Assembly: GCA_035221665.1 (NCBI GenBank)
Contig: CM069155.1
Location: 19,344,001-19,408,000, forward strand
Source: Okamejei kenojei
Taxonomy: Eukaryota
Reading direction: 5' to 3'
DNA: 64,000 nucleotides
A model generated the notes under the pieces. That model did no database searches. It saw nothing but the letters and a program-made list of their open reading frames with translations, and was not told the DNA's origin. Positions 63,310 through 64,000 of this stretch are shown here, piece by piece (the first letter of the stretch is position 1; each line of letters begins with the position of its first letter). Position numbers and translations under genes: made by a program.

Positions 63310-64000
63310 TATACATTAAAAGTGCCCGCATTAAACCTTTTTGAAATGGAATAAATTTCAAATATTACCTGAATTTCTCAATACCTTGAATTCCCTTGAA
63401 ATGTTGCTAATGCACTCAAAATATACCCAATTTTTCAATTCTGATTATTAGGGCAAACGGGTACTGCTGTGAAAAGTGCTCAACAACAGATTATTTTCCA
63501 GGTTTGGTATTATATAGTTCAAATCACCATAGAAAGTTCAAGTTTTCTACTTGGAACAAAATACCCAAGGCTCTTTTCTGTTACGTATCATGAAAGGAGC
63601 TTTATACAGATCTTGATTTAATTTAGTACTGCAGCACTTTCACGAACACAAGGATACAGTAAACTGATTAGGGCATTTAGCTCAATTAGCCTCGATAATT
63701 GCTTCAGATAACTAAGAACTGGCAATTCTCTTGTGTTTCATTGAGGTTTTTCCCTAAAAAATAGTACTGGATAATGCAATAACCATCAAATTGTCAAAAT
63801 TGCACAAGGGTTCAAAATAACTGTGGCTAACCTAACCTAGTAAATATAATTAGTAACAAGAGTGCATAGGCAAACAAGTAATGATGGAAGGAAGCTCCTT
63901 ATTTCCTCTGTTTAACCCAAGGTCAATGTCTAACCCCTATCTCTGCCTATTTATCGGCTAACATCGCACCAGACATGACCTTCTTGTCGCCTTTCCCCCA

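Noticed and set aside
62720-64000. search for the short upstream exon and the polyQ/CAG exon
   Set aside because: no matching exon or CAG tract seen; they must lie beyond the window. The CAG|GTAAT-like site near 63365 gives no ataxin-2-like peptide

Overview
Eukaryotic (vertebrate) genomic DNA, most likely a cartilaginous fish (skate/ray type, judged from the CR1/HER1-like LINEs, HE1-like SINEs and Penelope ends). Almost the whole window is one minus-strand gene, ataxin-2 (ATXN2). I traced 22 GT-AG coding exons from 62719 down to the TAG stop at 2106-2108. They splice in one consistent frame (3171 nt, 1056 aa) covering the Lsm and LsmAD domains, the PAM2 motif and the Q/P/H-rich tail ending VQAHHQQQL*. 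The 3'UTR and poly(A) signal follow at about 1520-2105. The polyQ exon and the next 5' exon lie beyond the right edge. Introns are filled with CR1, Rex1-like, Penelope, SINE, Tc1/pogo, hAT-like and Helitron remnants; nearly all supplied ORFs are exon pieces, TE fragments or chance. Best leads: an in-frame 15-nt microexon after the Lsm domain; a 10-nt microexon-like unit just past the poly(A) site; a three-copy non-autonomous Helitron family with different cargo; CpG-rich MITEs carrying promoter-type motifs; Penelope-end palindromes with hammerhead-like cores; and a short GAA-tailed SINE-like element. All homology statements are from memory, not from a search.
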